A DNA stretch of 63,772 nt, filler included, from Octopus bimaculoides (taxonomy: Eukaryota), in NCBI RefSeq assembly GCF_001194135.2. It is 5 parts of 5 records of this genome, joined end to end, with 100 filler letters (N's around TTAATTAATTAA, not from the genome) between each part and the next. Parts side by side here need not be neighbours in the genome. Positions count along the whole stretch, not along the records: positions 1 to 29,759 come from NC_068986.1; 4 more parts are not named here. One strand, given 5' to 3'. Every line of letters begins with the position of its first letter. Position 1 is the first letter of the stretch. The notes below the pieces were generated by a model. The model searched no databases. It saw nothing but the letters and a program-made list of their open reading frames with translations, and was not told the origin of the DNA. Positions 1 to 11,379 of the stretch are shown here, in pieces. The position numbers and the translations under genes were made by a program.

Positions 1-49
<49 letters not shown>

Positions 50-273
50 ATTGTTGTTTGAATTCAGGAAGATGTTAATTCATATAATGTTCTGTTGTTT
101 GTTTTATAGTTTTAGACAAACATGTTTGTTACTTTTCTGGCTTTGGATTGTATTATTGCTTTTATACTTCCTATATTTATTTGTTCGCTGTTTTAGATAT
201 GCTATGTGTTGTGCTAGTGAATTCTTGTCGATTTTGCTGCTATTTCTGTTGCTATTGCTGTGTAGTGGCATCG

Positions 274-490
274 GAAGCTTCCACTTACACCGCACAATTG
301 AAACGACGCACCTTCTCTCGAATTTGTGAAAGAGAACAGCAGGGTTCACCACCATCCCCTGCCGGAGCCTCGTGGAACTTAAGGTGTTTTCACTCAATAA
401 ACACTCACAACGCCCGGTCTGGGAATCGAAACCGCGATCCTATGACCGCGAGTCCGCTGCCCTAACCATTGGGCCATTGCGCCTCCACTC
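274..490 (-). mobile_element. tRNA-derived SINE family 1, 5' part
   Basis: Reverse complement of the 764-1145 head (TGGCCCAATGG A box, GGTTTCGATTCCC B box). Confidence 0.85.
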
Positions 491-763
491 CAACTATGCA
501 TACATACATGAGCATGAGCAGAGGTTGTTCTGGTTACATTTGCGTTCCGCTTGAAGACTGTCTTGAAAGCCGTAATAAAACATTTACAACGCCACGGCTT
601 CGTGCTTGGTGTCTGAGTTCCATTCACTATCCTGTGTAGTGTAAGGAGAATATTAAGGAATTCACACTTAGCTTATAGTTGTGTTGTGCGCAGAAACCGT
701 GTAAAAGTGTTGCTGGAGTTCATCATACTACTATTTATGCTGTGTATATGTTCACAATTGTGG

Positions 764-1145
764 ATGTGCAATGGCCCAGTGGTTAGGGCAGCGGACACGC
801 GGTCATAGGGTCGCGGTTTCGATACCCAGACCGGGCGTTGTGAGTGTTTATTGAGCGAAAACACCTAAAGCTCCACGTGCCTCCGGCAGGAGATGGTGGC
901 GAACCCTGCTGTACTCTTCCACCACAACTTTCTCTCACTCTTACTTCCTGTTTCTGTTGTGCCTGTAATTCAAAGGGTCAGCCTTGTCACACTGTGTCAC
1001 GCTGAATATCCCCGAGAACTACGTTAAGGGTACACGTGTCTGTGGAATGCTCAGCCACTTGCACGTTAATTTCACGAGCAGGCTGTTCCGTTGATCGGAT
1101 CAACTGGAACCCTCGACGTCGTAAGCGACGGAGTGCCAACAACAA
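764..1145 (+). mobile_element. tRNA-derived SINE family 1, near full length with (AAC)n tail
   Basis: A box TGGCCCAGTGG, B box GGTTTCGATACCC; body shared with 5430-5714. Confidence 0.88.
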
Positions 1146-1378
1146 TAACTCAAGGATGTTAATTTGTTACTAAAGGTACATGTACCAATGTTAGTTGAGT
1201 TGACATGTTCTCTGATTGCATTTACATAATTGTAGGTACTGCAACACCGAATAAATGTTTGCGTATCGCGACCAGTATTTCTAGCTTTCTATGTAGAGTT
1301 ATGGAAGTAGTAATATTATAACTAAATATATCTGTAAGACAAACTTTACTTGTAATTTAATTTCTTATTCATAACCAG

Positions 1379-1581
1379 ATGCTCAAACGCAAGCAAGAGC
1401 GTTTTCTAGCATTCGACAACTAAAGGATATTTCGGACGTTGTCAACGAAGGTAAAAAATTCTTGCATAATACACAATCCAAGGATGCTCTGAAATCGAAG
1501 GTTCCATTCAAATGTGCTCTAGCTTTAACCCATAGTAATCTGACCAAAGAAATATTTAAACAGATGGATCGCAATTTACAG
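1379..1581 (+). CDS. Gene A (unnamed secreted-protein family), internal exon, phase 1 to phase 0: (D)AQTQARAFSSIRQLKDISDVVNEGKKFLHNTQSKDALKSKVPFKCALALTHSNLTKEIFKQMDRNLQ
   Basis: Acceptor tttcttattcataaccAG, donor GTAAAT, open frame of 2 nt + 67 codons. 26/69 identities with exon 27956-28161, which has the same phases. Missed by the ORF track. Confidence 0.82.
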
Positions 1582-1969
1582 GTAAATAATTTGTTGCACA
1601 TTCACTAAGGTAAGACGTCAGGTAATGAAACTTAGATTTAATTATTTCTTAAAATATATTTTATTTAACATAGATAATACTAAAGGTAACTTGGCGTCTC
1701 ATGATTTTTATAAAATCTGAAGGATTATGATGTCCGACGCCCTACATTTACCACCAAAACGTCGGCAACTGCGAGAAAGGTTATGCTTCGTTGATGCGGT
1801 CAAAATAAAGTCGAAACATGCCCAAACATATTATTTTATATATTTTACTTTTTCTCTATGTATCTACTTCTAGTTAACTTTTCAACGTTATATGCAGTAA
1901 AATTATTAGTACTACAATATTTTTACGGGGCCACCTTACCGTATCCATAGGTTATTTTTTTCTTTTATT

Positions 1970-2130
1970 CATTTAAGTCATTTGACTGCGACCATGCTGG
2001 AGCACCGCCTTTAGTCGAGCAAATCGACCCTAGGACTTATTCTTTGTAAGCCTAGTACTTATTGTATCGGTCTCTTTTTGCCGAACCGCTAAGTTACGGG
2101 CACGTAAACACACCAGCATCGGTTGTCAAG
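1970..2130 (-). mobile_element. SINE family 2, 3' half
   Basis: Matches 41608-41790 and 54925-55080 (gccatgctggagcaccgcctttagtcgagcaaatcgacc...). Confidence 0.8.
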
Positions 2131-2853
2131 NNNNNNNNNNNNNNNNNNNNNNNNNNNNNNNNNNNNNNNNNNNNNNNNNNNNNNNNNNNNNNNNNNNNNN
2201 NNNNNNNNNNNNNNNNNNNNNNNNNNNNNNNNNNNNNNNNNNNNNNNNNNNNNNNNNNNNNNNNNNNNNNNNNNNNNNNNNNNNNNNNNNNNNNNNNNNN
2301 NNNNNNNNNNNNNNNNNNNNNNNNNNNNNNNNNNNNNNNNNNNNNNNNNNNNNNNNNNNNNNNNNNNNNNNNNNNNNNNNNNNNNNNNNNNNNNNNNNNN
2401 NNNNNNNNNNNNNNNNNNNNNNNNNNNNNNNNNNNNNNNNNNNNNNNNNNNNNNNNNNNNNNNNNNNNNNNNNNNNNNNNNNNNNNNNNNNNNNNNNNNN
2501 NNNNNNNNNNNNNNNNNNNNNNNNNNNNNNNNNNNNNNNNNNNNNNNNNNNNNNNNNNNNNNNNNNNNNNNNNNNNNNNNNNNNNNNNNNNNNNNNNNNN
2601 NNNNNNNNNNNNNNNNNNNNNNNNNNNNNNNNNNNNNNNNNNNNNNNNNNNNNNNNNNNNNNNNNNNNNNNNNNNNNNNNNNNNNNNNNNNNNNNNNNNN
2701 NNNNNNNNNNNNNNNNNNNNNNNNNNNNNNNNNNNNNNNNNNNNNNNNNNNNNNNNNNNNNNNNNNNNNNNNNNNNNNNNNNNNNNNNNNNNNNNNNNNN
2801 NNNNNNNNNNNNNNNNNNNNNNNNNNNNNNNNNNNNNNNNNNNNNNNNNNNNN

Positions 2854-2887
<34 letters not shown>

Positions 2888-2904
2888 ATATTACTATTAT
2901 TATT

Positions 2905-3300
2905 GAGTGAGAGAGCAGTGCATGCCATCAAAGTAACACTGGGGTAAAATATACGAAGCCCAGTATGCCCATCATGACTACCCGCCTGATAAGGGTACAC
3001 CAGACAACTATATGTGCGCGACATGGTGATCTCATATGAAGATAAACAGCGCATGACCTTGCAGGTGGGGCCCTCGACGCATAGCTATGATGTTCCCCCA
3101 CTACTGATCAGATCAGAGATGCATATATCGTCAGGCACTAAGGGACATGCTCAACTGGTTAAGGCCAAACAACTGACAAGTAAATCTGTGGTATTGAGCA
3201 AAATATTTACTGTAACCCATTTTTTATACCAAGACAAAACAATGTACATGATAACACTTCCAATCACTAAAGATTAGAAGCCATGAGAGCCATTGCTTGT
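2905..3300 (+). repeat. Probable interspersed repeat, unclassified
   Basis: I recall this sequence (gtgagagagcagtgcatgccatcaaag...) as a common octopus repeat; single copy here, unverified. Confidence 0.45.
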
Positions 3301-3559
3301 AAAGTGCATTAAGTAATCATCGTATTCCAATTTCTTTCACTTTTCAATGAGTAGCAGATGAGTGTTACTGGTTCAGAGTTACTGGATCCAAGATCCTGAA
3401 CTATCTTTTGAAAATGGAAAGAAATTCGGTCTGAAGTACAAAAATCTAAAAAAAAAAAAATTTTTAATGATTAGTTGACAAAACTGGGGAAATTCAACGC
3501 TTTGCTGATAAACATGAATTTTACAACTCAGTCAAAATAATTTTTGCCCCAACCTCAAG

Positions 3560-4230
3560 GGAACTTACATTGTTACGTTCATCAGAGGGACATACTCTAA
3601 TTCAAGATAAACAGAAGATTGTGGAATGAGGAACTGAGCATTTCAAAGAACTCCTGAACGGAATCCTACTGACCCTTCTACTCTTGCAGCTCTACCAGCC
3701 CTACCAGCAATTAATGAACTAGCTGTTGAACCCTTCATCGAAGAGATTATAATTGCTACCCCATCCTTGAAAAACAAGAAATCCCCCGGAGAAAATAGGT
3801 GCTCCAGTGAAGTGTTCATCTATGGGGGTCAGCACATTGCGTTGTCCCTTCATTCCTTTTTCGTTATATGCCGGAAAGAATCCATGATTCCAGCAAAATG
3901 GAACAATTTCAACATCATAACTATCTACAAAAGGAAAAGTGACAACTCAGAATATGGTAACAGCCCGGGTATTTCTGTCGTGGATGTAGCTGGCAAAATT
4001 TTAGCTAGGTTTATGTTAAAACGTCTGCTAACTCATCTGATTGAAGGAATTCTCCAGGAAAACCAGTGCGGATTTCGCTTGGACAGATGGACACTTGGCA
4101 TGATTTTCGTAGCTCATCCCAGTCCCATAAAAAGATAAAGGACAGCAGTGTATGATCTTTTATGCTTTCCTAGATCTCATAAAGGCATTCGACACTGTCA
4201 ATAGAAATATGCTATGAACACTACTAAAAT
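3560..4230 (+). mobile_element. Degenerate RTE-clade LINE reverse transcriptase fragment
   Basis: KSPG, ITIYKRK, GISVVDVAGKILAR, ENQCGFR and DLIKAFDTVNR motifs with stops and frameshifts. Confidence 0.85.
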
Positions 4231-4402
4231 ATATTTATATTAGCCACAGAGGCAGAATCAATACCGAGATGTAATATTTATTCCCATTTAGACGTGGATG
4301 TTCTGTTAGAACAGACTATAGTGCAGTAATTACCATGAGAAACTCTCATATTGGCTCTTGGTGCAAAATGCACTCTTGTTTATATCGCTAGCAGGTAGAT
4401 AA

Positions 4403-4560
4403 ATCCCCCGCCACTTCCAGCGTTAAGACAACCAGATCACGTGATTTCGACCTTCCTTGGTCTTAGCAATGACGGACGCTCGACCGCTGGAGATAGCGGT
4501 GACTCATCTCCCCGCCAGCGATATATAAACAGTGCCAGAACAGGCGCTGGTGTTGTGATT
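4403..4560 (+). promoter_or_regulatory. Promoter-like motif cluster inside a gene A intron
   Basis: GC box CCCCCGCC 4405, palindromic E-box ATCACGTGAT 4436, AP-1 TGACTCA 4500, CCCCGCC about 4510, TATATAAA 4522; locally GC/CpG-rich. Confidence 0.35.
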
Positions 4561-4987
4561 AGCCAGTGAGCTTGTTAACAAAATTTATATATCAAATGAA
4601 CTGTAAATAAATATCGAAGTATATTAATTAATAATAGAATTAATAAGATTAGTCGCTATTCAAAGCGTGAACCGTGCAGGCAAGTTTTAAAAATATGATG
4701 GTACTGGGAGAGTACCGGCTTTGCTAGAGATAGAAGTTAAATGACTTTGGAAGCCACAAATAGCTCACTTTTCGAACTGAGAGGAGGATGTGGAAAGGGC
4801 ACTTACCGTAGTTGTCGGAGCGCGCTTTTCACGAACAGCCTTCTTTCTTTATTAATTTTTTATATAACTGTTTATACGCCTTTAGTGTAACCCCACATCA
4901 TATATCACATTGTATTGTATTGTATTGTATCTTATTATATTGAACCGTCCTGGAACTGTTTGTTAACCCTTGATGGTTAATAAAGAA

Positions 4988-5055
4988 ATCATCATCATCA
5001 TCATCATCCTCATCATCATCACCAACATCATCATCACCATTACCATCATCATCAA

Positions 5056-5094
<39 letters not shown>

Positions 5095-5114
5095 TGTTGT
5101 TGTTGTTGTTGTTG

Positions 5115-5146
<32 letters not shown>

Positions 5147-5147
5147 T
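4988..5147. repeat. Compound microsatellite (ATC)n(TTG)n(TTA)n
   Basis: Direct reading. Confidence 0.95.
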
Positions 5148-5149
5148 AG

Positions 5150-5371
5150 GCGAAGAGACTTGAATCATGGTACAAAGGAGACTTAATTAGAGACAGAGAT
5201 ATTATTAAATCAATTGACATCAACTTGGAGGATTTTAAAAATATCGTTGCTGCTACTGGTGCTGCCGTTAATAGTTTTGAGACATTTTTTTATGCTAACA
5301 TACGAATAAATCGTGATGTAGTGGACGTTGGAATTCTGAGATATCCTGGATTAGGGGATTCTTCTTTTAAG
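5150..5371 (+). CDS. Gene A internal exon, phase 0-0: AKRLESWYKGDLIRDRDIIKSIDINLEDFKNIVAATGAAVNSFETFFYANIRINRDVVDVGILRYPGLGDSSFK
   Basis: 222 nt open between tttAG and GTACTT; phases match the flanking exons; complex, globular-protein-like composition. Confidence 0.82.
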
Positions 5372-5429
5372 GTACTTGTCTCTTATTTCCTTTCTCAAGT
5401 ATTTCTCACGTTTCTATTGAAATATATGT

Positions 5430-5714
5430 GGAGGCGCAATGGCCTAGTGGTTAGGGCAGCGGACTCGCGGTTTCGATTCCCAGACCGGGCGTTGTGAGTG
5501 TTTATTGAACGAAAACACCTAAAGCTCCACGAGGCTCCGGCAAGGGATGGTAGTGAACCCTGCTGTACTCTTTCACCACAACTTTCTCTCACTCTTTCTT
5601 CCTGTGACTGTTGTACCTGTATTTCTAAGGGCCAGCCTTGTCACTCTGTGTCACGCTGAATATCCCCGAGAACTACGTTAAGGGTACACGTGTCTGTGGA
5701 GTGCTCAGCCACTT
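5430..5714 (+). mobile_element. tRNA-derived SINE family 1 copy, runs into gap
   Basis: Highly similar to 764-1060. Confidence 0.85.
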
Positions 5715-6451
5715 NNNNNNNNNNNNNNNNNNNNNNNNNNNNNNNNNNNNNNNNNNNNNNNNNNNNNNNNNNNNNNNNNNNNNNNNNNNNNNNNNNNNNN
5801 NNNNNNNNNNNNNNNNNNNNNNNNNNNNNNNNNNNNNNNNNNNNNNNNNNNNNNNNNNNNNNNNNNNNNNNNNNNNNNNNNNNNNNNNNNNNNNNNNNNN
5901 NNNNNNNNNNNNNNNNNNNNNNNNNNNNNNNNNNNNNNNNNNNNNNNNNNNNNNNNNNNNNNNNNNNNNNNNNNNNNNNNNNNNNNNNNNNNNNNNNNNN
6001 NNNNNNNNNNNNNNNNNNNNNNNNNNNNNNNNNNNNNNNNNNNNNNNNNNNNNNNNNNNNNNNNNNNNNNNNNNNNNNNNNNNNNNNNNNNNNNNNNNNN
6101 NNNNNNNNNNNNNNNNNNNNNNNNNNNNNNNNNNNNNNNNNNNNNNNNNNNNNNNNNNNNNNNNNNNNNNNNNNNNNNNNNNNNNNNNNNNNNNNNNNNN
6201 NNNNNNNNNNNNNNNNNNNNNNNNNNNNNNNNNNNNNNNNNNNNNNNNNNNNNNNNNNNNNNNNNNNNNNNNNNNNNNNNNNNNNNNNNNNNNNNNNNNN
6301 NNNNNNNNNNNNNNNNNNNNNNNNNNNNNNNNNNNNNNNNNNNNNNNNNNNNNNNNNNNNNNNNNNNNNNNNNNNNNNNNNNNNNNNNNNNNNTAAACAT
6401 ACACACGCACATATTATTAGCGACGTGGCAGTACTAGTTGAAAATAGCATT

Positions 6452-6862
6452 CTGTATACTCTAATCAACGTGGATATACTGTAAAAAGCCAGAAAACGGC
6501 GGTATTCTCCTCGAGAAAGCGTCTCGTGTAGCTGTACAGGGCTAAAGAGTACAGAAATATATCAGTAGCAGACAAAAAGCATTCAGCAGCAGCAGCGGTT
6601 GAATTGCTAAATCTGCTTCTTTGAGCGTCATTAGCAGCAAGTGTCCACTAGCAACCGTACGCTTAGACAAATTTAGCTTCCACTGATAAATAGAAAAACA
6701 GTGATTAATAAATCACTGGTGTCGCAAATAGCCTGCAAGCCGAGTAAAGATTCATTATAAGCTACAGAAACAGTATTAGTTTAAATTAGCTTCTGTTGTC
6801 TTGAGACGAATAACGCAGTTTTCTGGCTTTCTCAGTATATCCACTTTAAGTAAAATATACAG
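6452..6862. mobile_element. MITE, unclassified
   Basis: Inverted repeats gtggatatactgtaaaaagccagaaaacggcg (6470) and cgcagttttctggctttctcagtatatccac (to 6844), extending imperfectly outward. Confidence 0.65.
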
Positions 6863-7257
6863 ATACACAGTCATACAAAAATCTACTATAATAATGCTCT
6901 TGTGTTTTTCTCTCTCACAACATATGAATGAGAAAGGAAGGAGTGATAGATGAATAAGGAAAGAAGGGATGATGGCAAACTGGTGGGATGGTGAACATTC
7001 AACGCTGAAAAGAAAAAATCAAACAGCGTTTCAACTCTGTGTGAGTATGTGTGTGCATGTGTGTGCGTGTACAAGGAAAGTATGTGAATGTATGTGAACA
7101 TTGACAAGTGTATTAATTTGGTTTACCATCCATATTTACATATAAAATACTACAATTCGCCGTCATTTTTGACGGCACGGGGTCAGCTAGTATATACATA
7201 AACATCTTCGGTATTCATATAATTTTTTTTTATGACTTTTGATTTAAAAAATATCTA

Positions 7258-7428
7258 TAGGCGCAGGAGTGGTTGTGTGGTAAGTAGCTTGCTTACCAAC
7301 CACATGGTTCCGGGTTCAGTCCCACTGCGTGGCACCTTGGGCAAGGTGTCTTCAACTATGGCCTCGGGCCGACCAAAGCCTTGTGAGTGGATTTGGTAGA
7401 CGGAAACTGAAAGAAGCCCCTCGTATAT
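7258..7428 (+). mobile_element. SINE family 2, tRNA-like 5' half
   Basis: gcgcaggagtggttgtgtggtaag...ggttccgggttcagtccc head, repeated elsewhere in the window. Confidence 0.82.
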
Positions 7429-8375
7429 NNNNNNNNNNNNNNNNNNNNNNNNNNNNNNNNNNNNNNNNNNNNNNNNNNNNNNNNNNNNNNNNNNNNNNNN
7501 NNNNNNNNNNNNNNNNNNNNNNNNNNNNNNNNNNNNNNNNNNNNNNNNNNNNNNNNNNNNNNNNNNNNNNNNNNNNNNNNNNNNNNNNNNNNNNNNNNNN
7601 NNNNNNNNNNNNNNNNNNNNNNNNNNNNNNNNNNNNNNNNNNNNNNNNNNNNNNNNNNNNNNNNNNNNNNNNNNNNNNNNNNNNNNNNNNNNNNNNNNNN
7701 NNNNNNNNNNNNNNNNNNNNNNNNNNNNNNNNNNNNNNNNNNNNNNNNNNNNNNNNNNNNNNNNNNNNNNNNNNNNNNNNNNNNNNNNNNNNNNNNNNNN
7801 NNNNNNNNNNNNNNNNNNNNNNNNNNNNNNNNNNNNNNNNNNNNNNNNNNNNNNNNNNNNNNNNNNNNNNNNNNNNNNNNNNNNNNNNNNNNNNNNNNNN
7901 NNNNNNNNNNNNNNNNNNNNNNNNNNNNNNNNNNNNNNNNNNNNNNNNNNNNNNNNNNNNNNNNNNNNNNNNNNNNNNNNNNNNNNNNNNNNNNNNNNNN
8001 NNNNNNNNNNNNNNNNNNNNNNNNNNNNNNNNNNNNNNNNNNNNNNNNNNNNNNNNNNNNNNNNNNNNNNNNNNNNNNNNNNNNNNNNNNNNNNNNNNNN
8101 NNNNNNNNNNNNNNNNNNNNNNNNNNNNNNNNNNNNNNNNNNNNNNNNNNNNNNNNNNNNNNNNNNNNNNNNNNNNNNNNNNNNNNNNNNNNNNNNNNNN
8201 NNNNNNNNNNNNNNNNNNNNNNNNNNNNNNNNNNNNNNNNNNNNNNNNNNNNNNNNNNNNNNNNNNNNNNNNNNNNNNNNNNNNNNNNNNNNNNNNNNNN
8301 NNNNNNNNNNNNNNNNNNNNNNNNNNNNNNNNNNNNNNNNNNNNNNNNNNNNNNNNNNNNNNNNNNNNNNNNNNN

Positions 8376-8515
8376 ACCAAATCCATTCATAAGTCTTTGG
8401 TCGGTCCGAGGCTATAGCAGAAGACACTTGCCCAAGGTGCCACACAATGGAACTGAACCCAGAACCATGTGGTTGGTAAGCAAGCTTCTTACCACACAGC
8501 CACTCCTGCACCTAT
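8376..8515 (-). mobile_element. SINE family 2, 5' half
   Basis: Reverse complement of the 7258-7400 head. Confidence 0.8.
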
Positions 8516-9008
8516 GATAATATATCCTAGGATATATATTGTTTTTTTAGCTGAGCCCCAAGGTCAGCAATTCTGAGTAAAAAGGATAGTCGACTGCAAC
8601 GATACAGTACTTAACTGGTACCTTTTTACTGACCCCCAAAGCATTAAAGATAAAACCGACTTTGACTGTATTTGAACTCAAAACACAAAGAGCCAGAAGA
8701 TATACCACAAAGCATTTTGCCCAACGCTCTGATGATTCTGTCAATCACCAGTCCCTGACGCTGTATAACATGAAAATTAGAGTAAATGTGACTGAGAATA
8801 TCAATTGTGATTTATTCTTACCTGTTACATATGGTAAATTTACCCACATTTTCTTTTTTATAATTCAAATTTCTGTAAAATCCGACGGAGTCTGACTGCA
8901 CCGTCCCCATAAAATACTTAGCATGGAAAGGTAATGTCCATTCAACCCTGATTTCATTATCAAAGTTTGTATTACAATAATTATTCTTTTTTTTTTATCT
9001 CATTCTAG

Positions 9009-9200
9009 TTGTACCGAATCAAACTATCTGCGTTCAGATACACTAAACGTATACTATTTGTGGAAGAAACAAGCTCTGGCATACATGGAACTTTCAATAT
9101 GCATGAATTCATTCCAAATGACGGCGCCATGGAAAAAATGGATCCCACACTTAGAGATAGATTTCTTAAATCTGCTTTAGATTTCCTTCTTGAATTTTAA
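9009..9200 (+). CDS. Gene A terminal exon: LYRIKLSAFRYTKRILFVEETSSGIHGTFNMHEFIPNDGAMEKMDPTLRDRFLKSALDFLLEF*
   Basis: Strong polypyrimidine acceptor ttttttttatctcattctAG, phase 0, ends TAA TAA with an overlapping AATAAA at 9199-9204. Confidence 0.78.
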   Translation: MYRIKLSAFRYTKRILFVEETSSGIHGTFNMHEFIPNDGAMEKMDPTLRDRFLKSALDFLLEF

Positions 9201-9231
9201 TAAATTTATTAACATCAGATAGCAAAATGTT

Positions 9232-9250
9232 GTTTATTATTATTATTATT

Positions 9251-9286
<36 letters not shown>

Positions 9287-9318
9287 GCTGTTGCTGCTGC
9301 TGCTGCTGCTGTTGCTGC

Positions 9319-9396
<78 letters not shown>

Positions 9397-9402
9397 CATT
9401 AT
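9232..9402. repeat. Compound microsatellite (TTA)(TTG)(CTG)(TTG)(TTA) in the gene A 3' region
   Basis: Direct reading. Confidence 0.95.
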
Positions 9403-9438
9403 TACAATCTTTGCACAGCTTCTAACGCTGGTGATGCA

Positions 9439-10740
9439 TTAGGGTGTCAGCTGTTCACTACAAGTAAAATAAGGTAACACCCCTAATATTTCGAGCACCA
9501 TCCGGAGTATTCGACCGGTTCCAAGCAGTGCTGTTTTCTGCAAGTGCTGTACCTTTATTGCAGCCCATATTTCTTCCATGTACTTCTCAAGATTTTTACT
9601 TACTGTTTCCAGGACTCTGACAATTATTGGTACTACTACTACCTTTTTCAGCGACCACAACTACTTAAACTCCCAAGCTAACCTGTCATATCTATCGACT
9701 TTTCTTTCTTCCTTATCGCATACCTTGTTGTCAGTTGGGCATGCTATATCTATGATCCAGTATCGTTTGCTTTCTTTCTCAATCAACACTATGTCTGGTT
9801 TCCTATTCTCTGTCTCATGGTCGCACTGAATCATAAAATCTCACAGGATCTTTGCATTTTCATTTTCGATGATGCCTTCGGGTTTATGTTCGTACCACTT
9901 TTTTGCTCTGTCAAGTTCATACTTGTTGCAAAGTGTCCAATGGACAGCTCGGCTATGTTATCATGATGTCTCTTATATTCTTTCTGGGCTAGTGGCGTAC
10001 ATTGACTGGCAATATGCCATACGGTTTCATCATTTTGTCCACAAATTTTGCACTTATCACTTTCTGATGTTTTGTCTATTCTGTGTTTGATGTAATTCGT
10101 TCTTAATGCTTGCTCTTGAGTTTTAAATTACTTTTAGTCACCCATAGCCATCTTTTTTCTCTGTCTGTCTTATCTTCGTTATCCCTATAAAATTGCCCAT
10201 GCATTCTTTTCTTTATCCACCTATTTTCAATTTAATTCATTCTCAAGTGCTTGTACAGAGCTTTATCTTTGCAATTTTCCATCCTACACAAGCCTGACCT
10301 TCTTACTTTAAATAATAGCGGTTCTGTTGCACTTTTTACATACCAAGCTATGTTGTTTTCTTCTCTAATACTGTGTTCGCATCCAATCAGTCCTCTTTCC
10401 CTTCTTTTTCTTGGTACATACAGTCTGTCTGTATCACTTCTTGGGTGGAGTATCTCAATATCTAGTCAGCAACTTCATTGTCTTTCTGACTAAGCTGTTT
10501 AGTTTGTCTACTGTCGATTCGATTACCCCTAAGGAGTGAAACCACCCAAGTGTTGATAGCTTCAATGTTATTTCGTCCGTTTAATTTCGACTTAAAGATT
10601 AGTCTCAGTCTGGGCAGGTACTCCACCTTAAATTTTTATATTATTTCTTTCTCCTTCAATTTATCCATTTTCGATATCCCCAAATACTTATAGCTCGTCT
10701 CTTCTATTTGCTTCATAACCTCCCCCGACGGTATCGCTAG
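9439..10740 (-). mobile_element. Degenerate RLE-type non-LTR retrotransposon (R4/Dong-like), 3' region; related segment again at 10829-11019
   Basis: WSLKKVVVVPII...LQKTALLGTGRILRMVL C-terminal motif. Confidence 0.8.
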
Positions 10741-10764
10741 CCCGTCCATTTAATTTTGCCTCTC

Positions 10765-10829
<65 letters not shown>

Positions 10830-11379
10830 GCGGTTCTGTTTCACTTTTTACATACCATGCTAAGTTGTTTTCTTCTGCTCTAACGCTGTGTTCGCATCCA
10901 GTCAGCCCTCTTTTCCCTCTTTTTCTTGATACATAGTCTGCCTGTATCACTTTTTGGGTGGGATATCCCATATCTAGTCAGCATCTTCGTTGTCTTTCTC
11001 TCTAAGCAGTTTAGTTTGAGTAAGTAATGCTCATTAAAATTTATTTGTATTTTTCCGAATGAAACAATATATTTTAACTGTGTGTCACTTCCGTCACTCG
11101 CACAACACCTGTAAACATTACAAGTGTTGATCTATATCCGAGTAAGTACATATTGGACTATATCTAATTAAGTACACATCACAAACACGTAAGTGCGTAA
11201 ACTAATTAATTACGTATACACCCCAGTTTTCCATGAACACATTTTAATATTCCTTCCGAAATAACATTAAGTAATGTATAAACAAACGCGCACGCACACA
11301 TAAGAGAATAGAATAAAAACAAACGACAAAGACTAATCATTATTGAACACAAAAGCACTAAACATGTATATATTAGTAT

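Noticed and set aside
200-330. Signal-peptide-like MCCASEFLSILLLFLLLLLCSGIGS as the first exon of gene A
   Set aside because: Derived from TGC/TTG low-complexity sequence with no convincing donor; the 5' exons of gene A remain unidentified.
764-850. tRNA-like A/B boxes (also 5430, 7258, 14480-14545)
   Set aside because: SINE heads continuing into shared SINE bodies; no complete cloverleaf.
7159-7192. Helitron-like 3' hairpin plus CTAG
   Set aside because: Only the terminal motif is visible; the element cannot be delimited.
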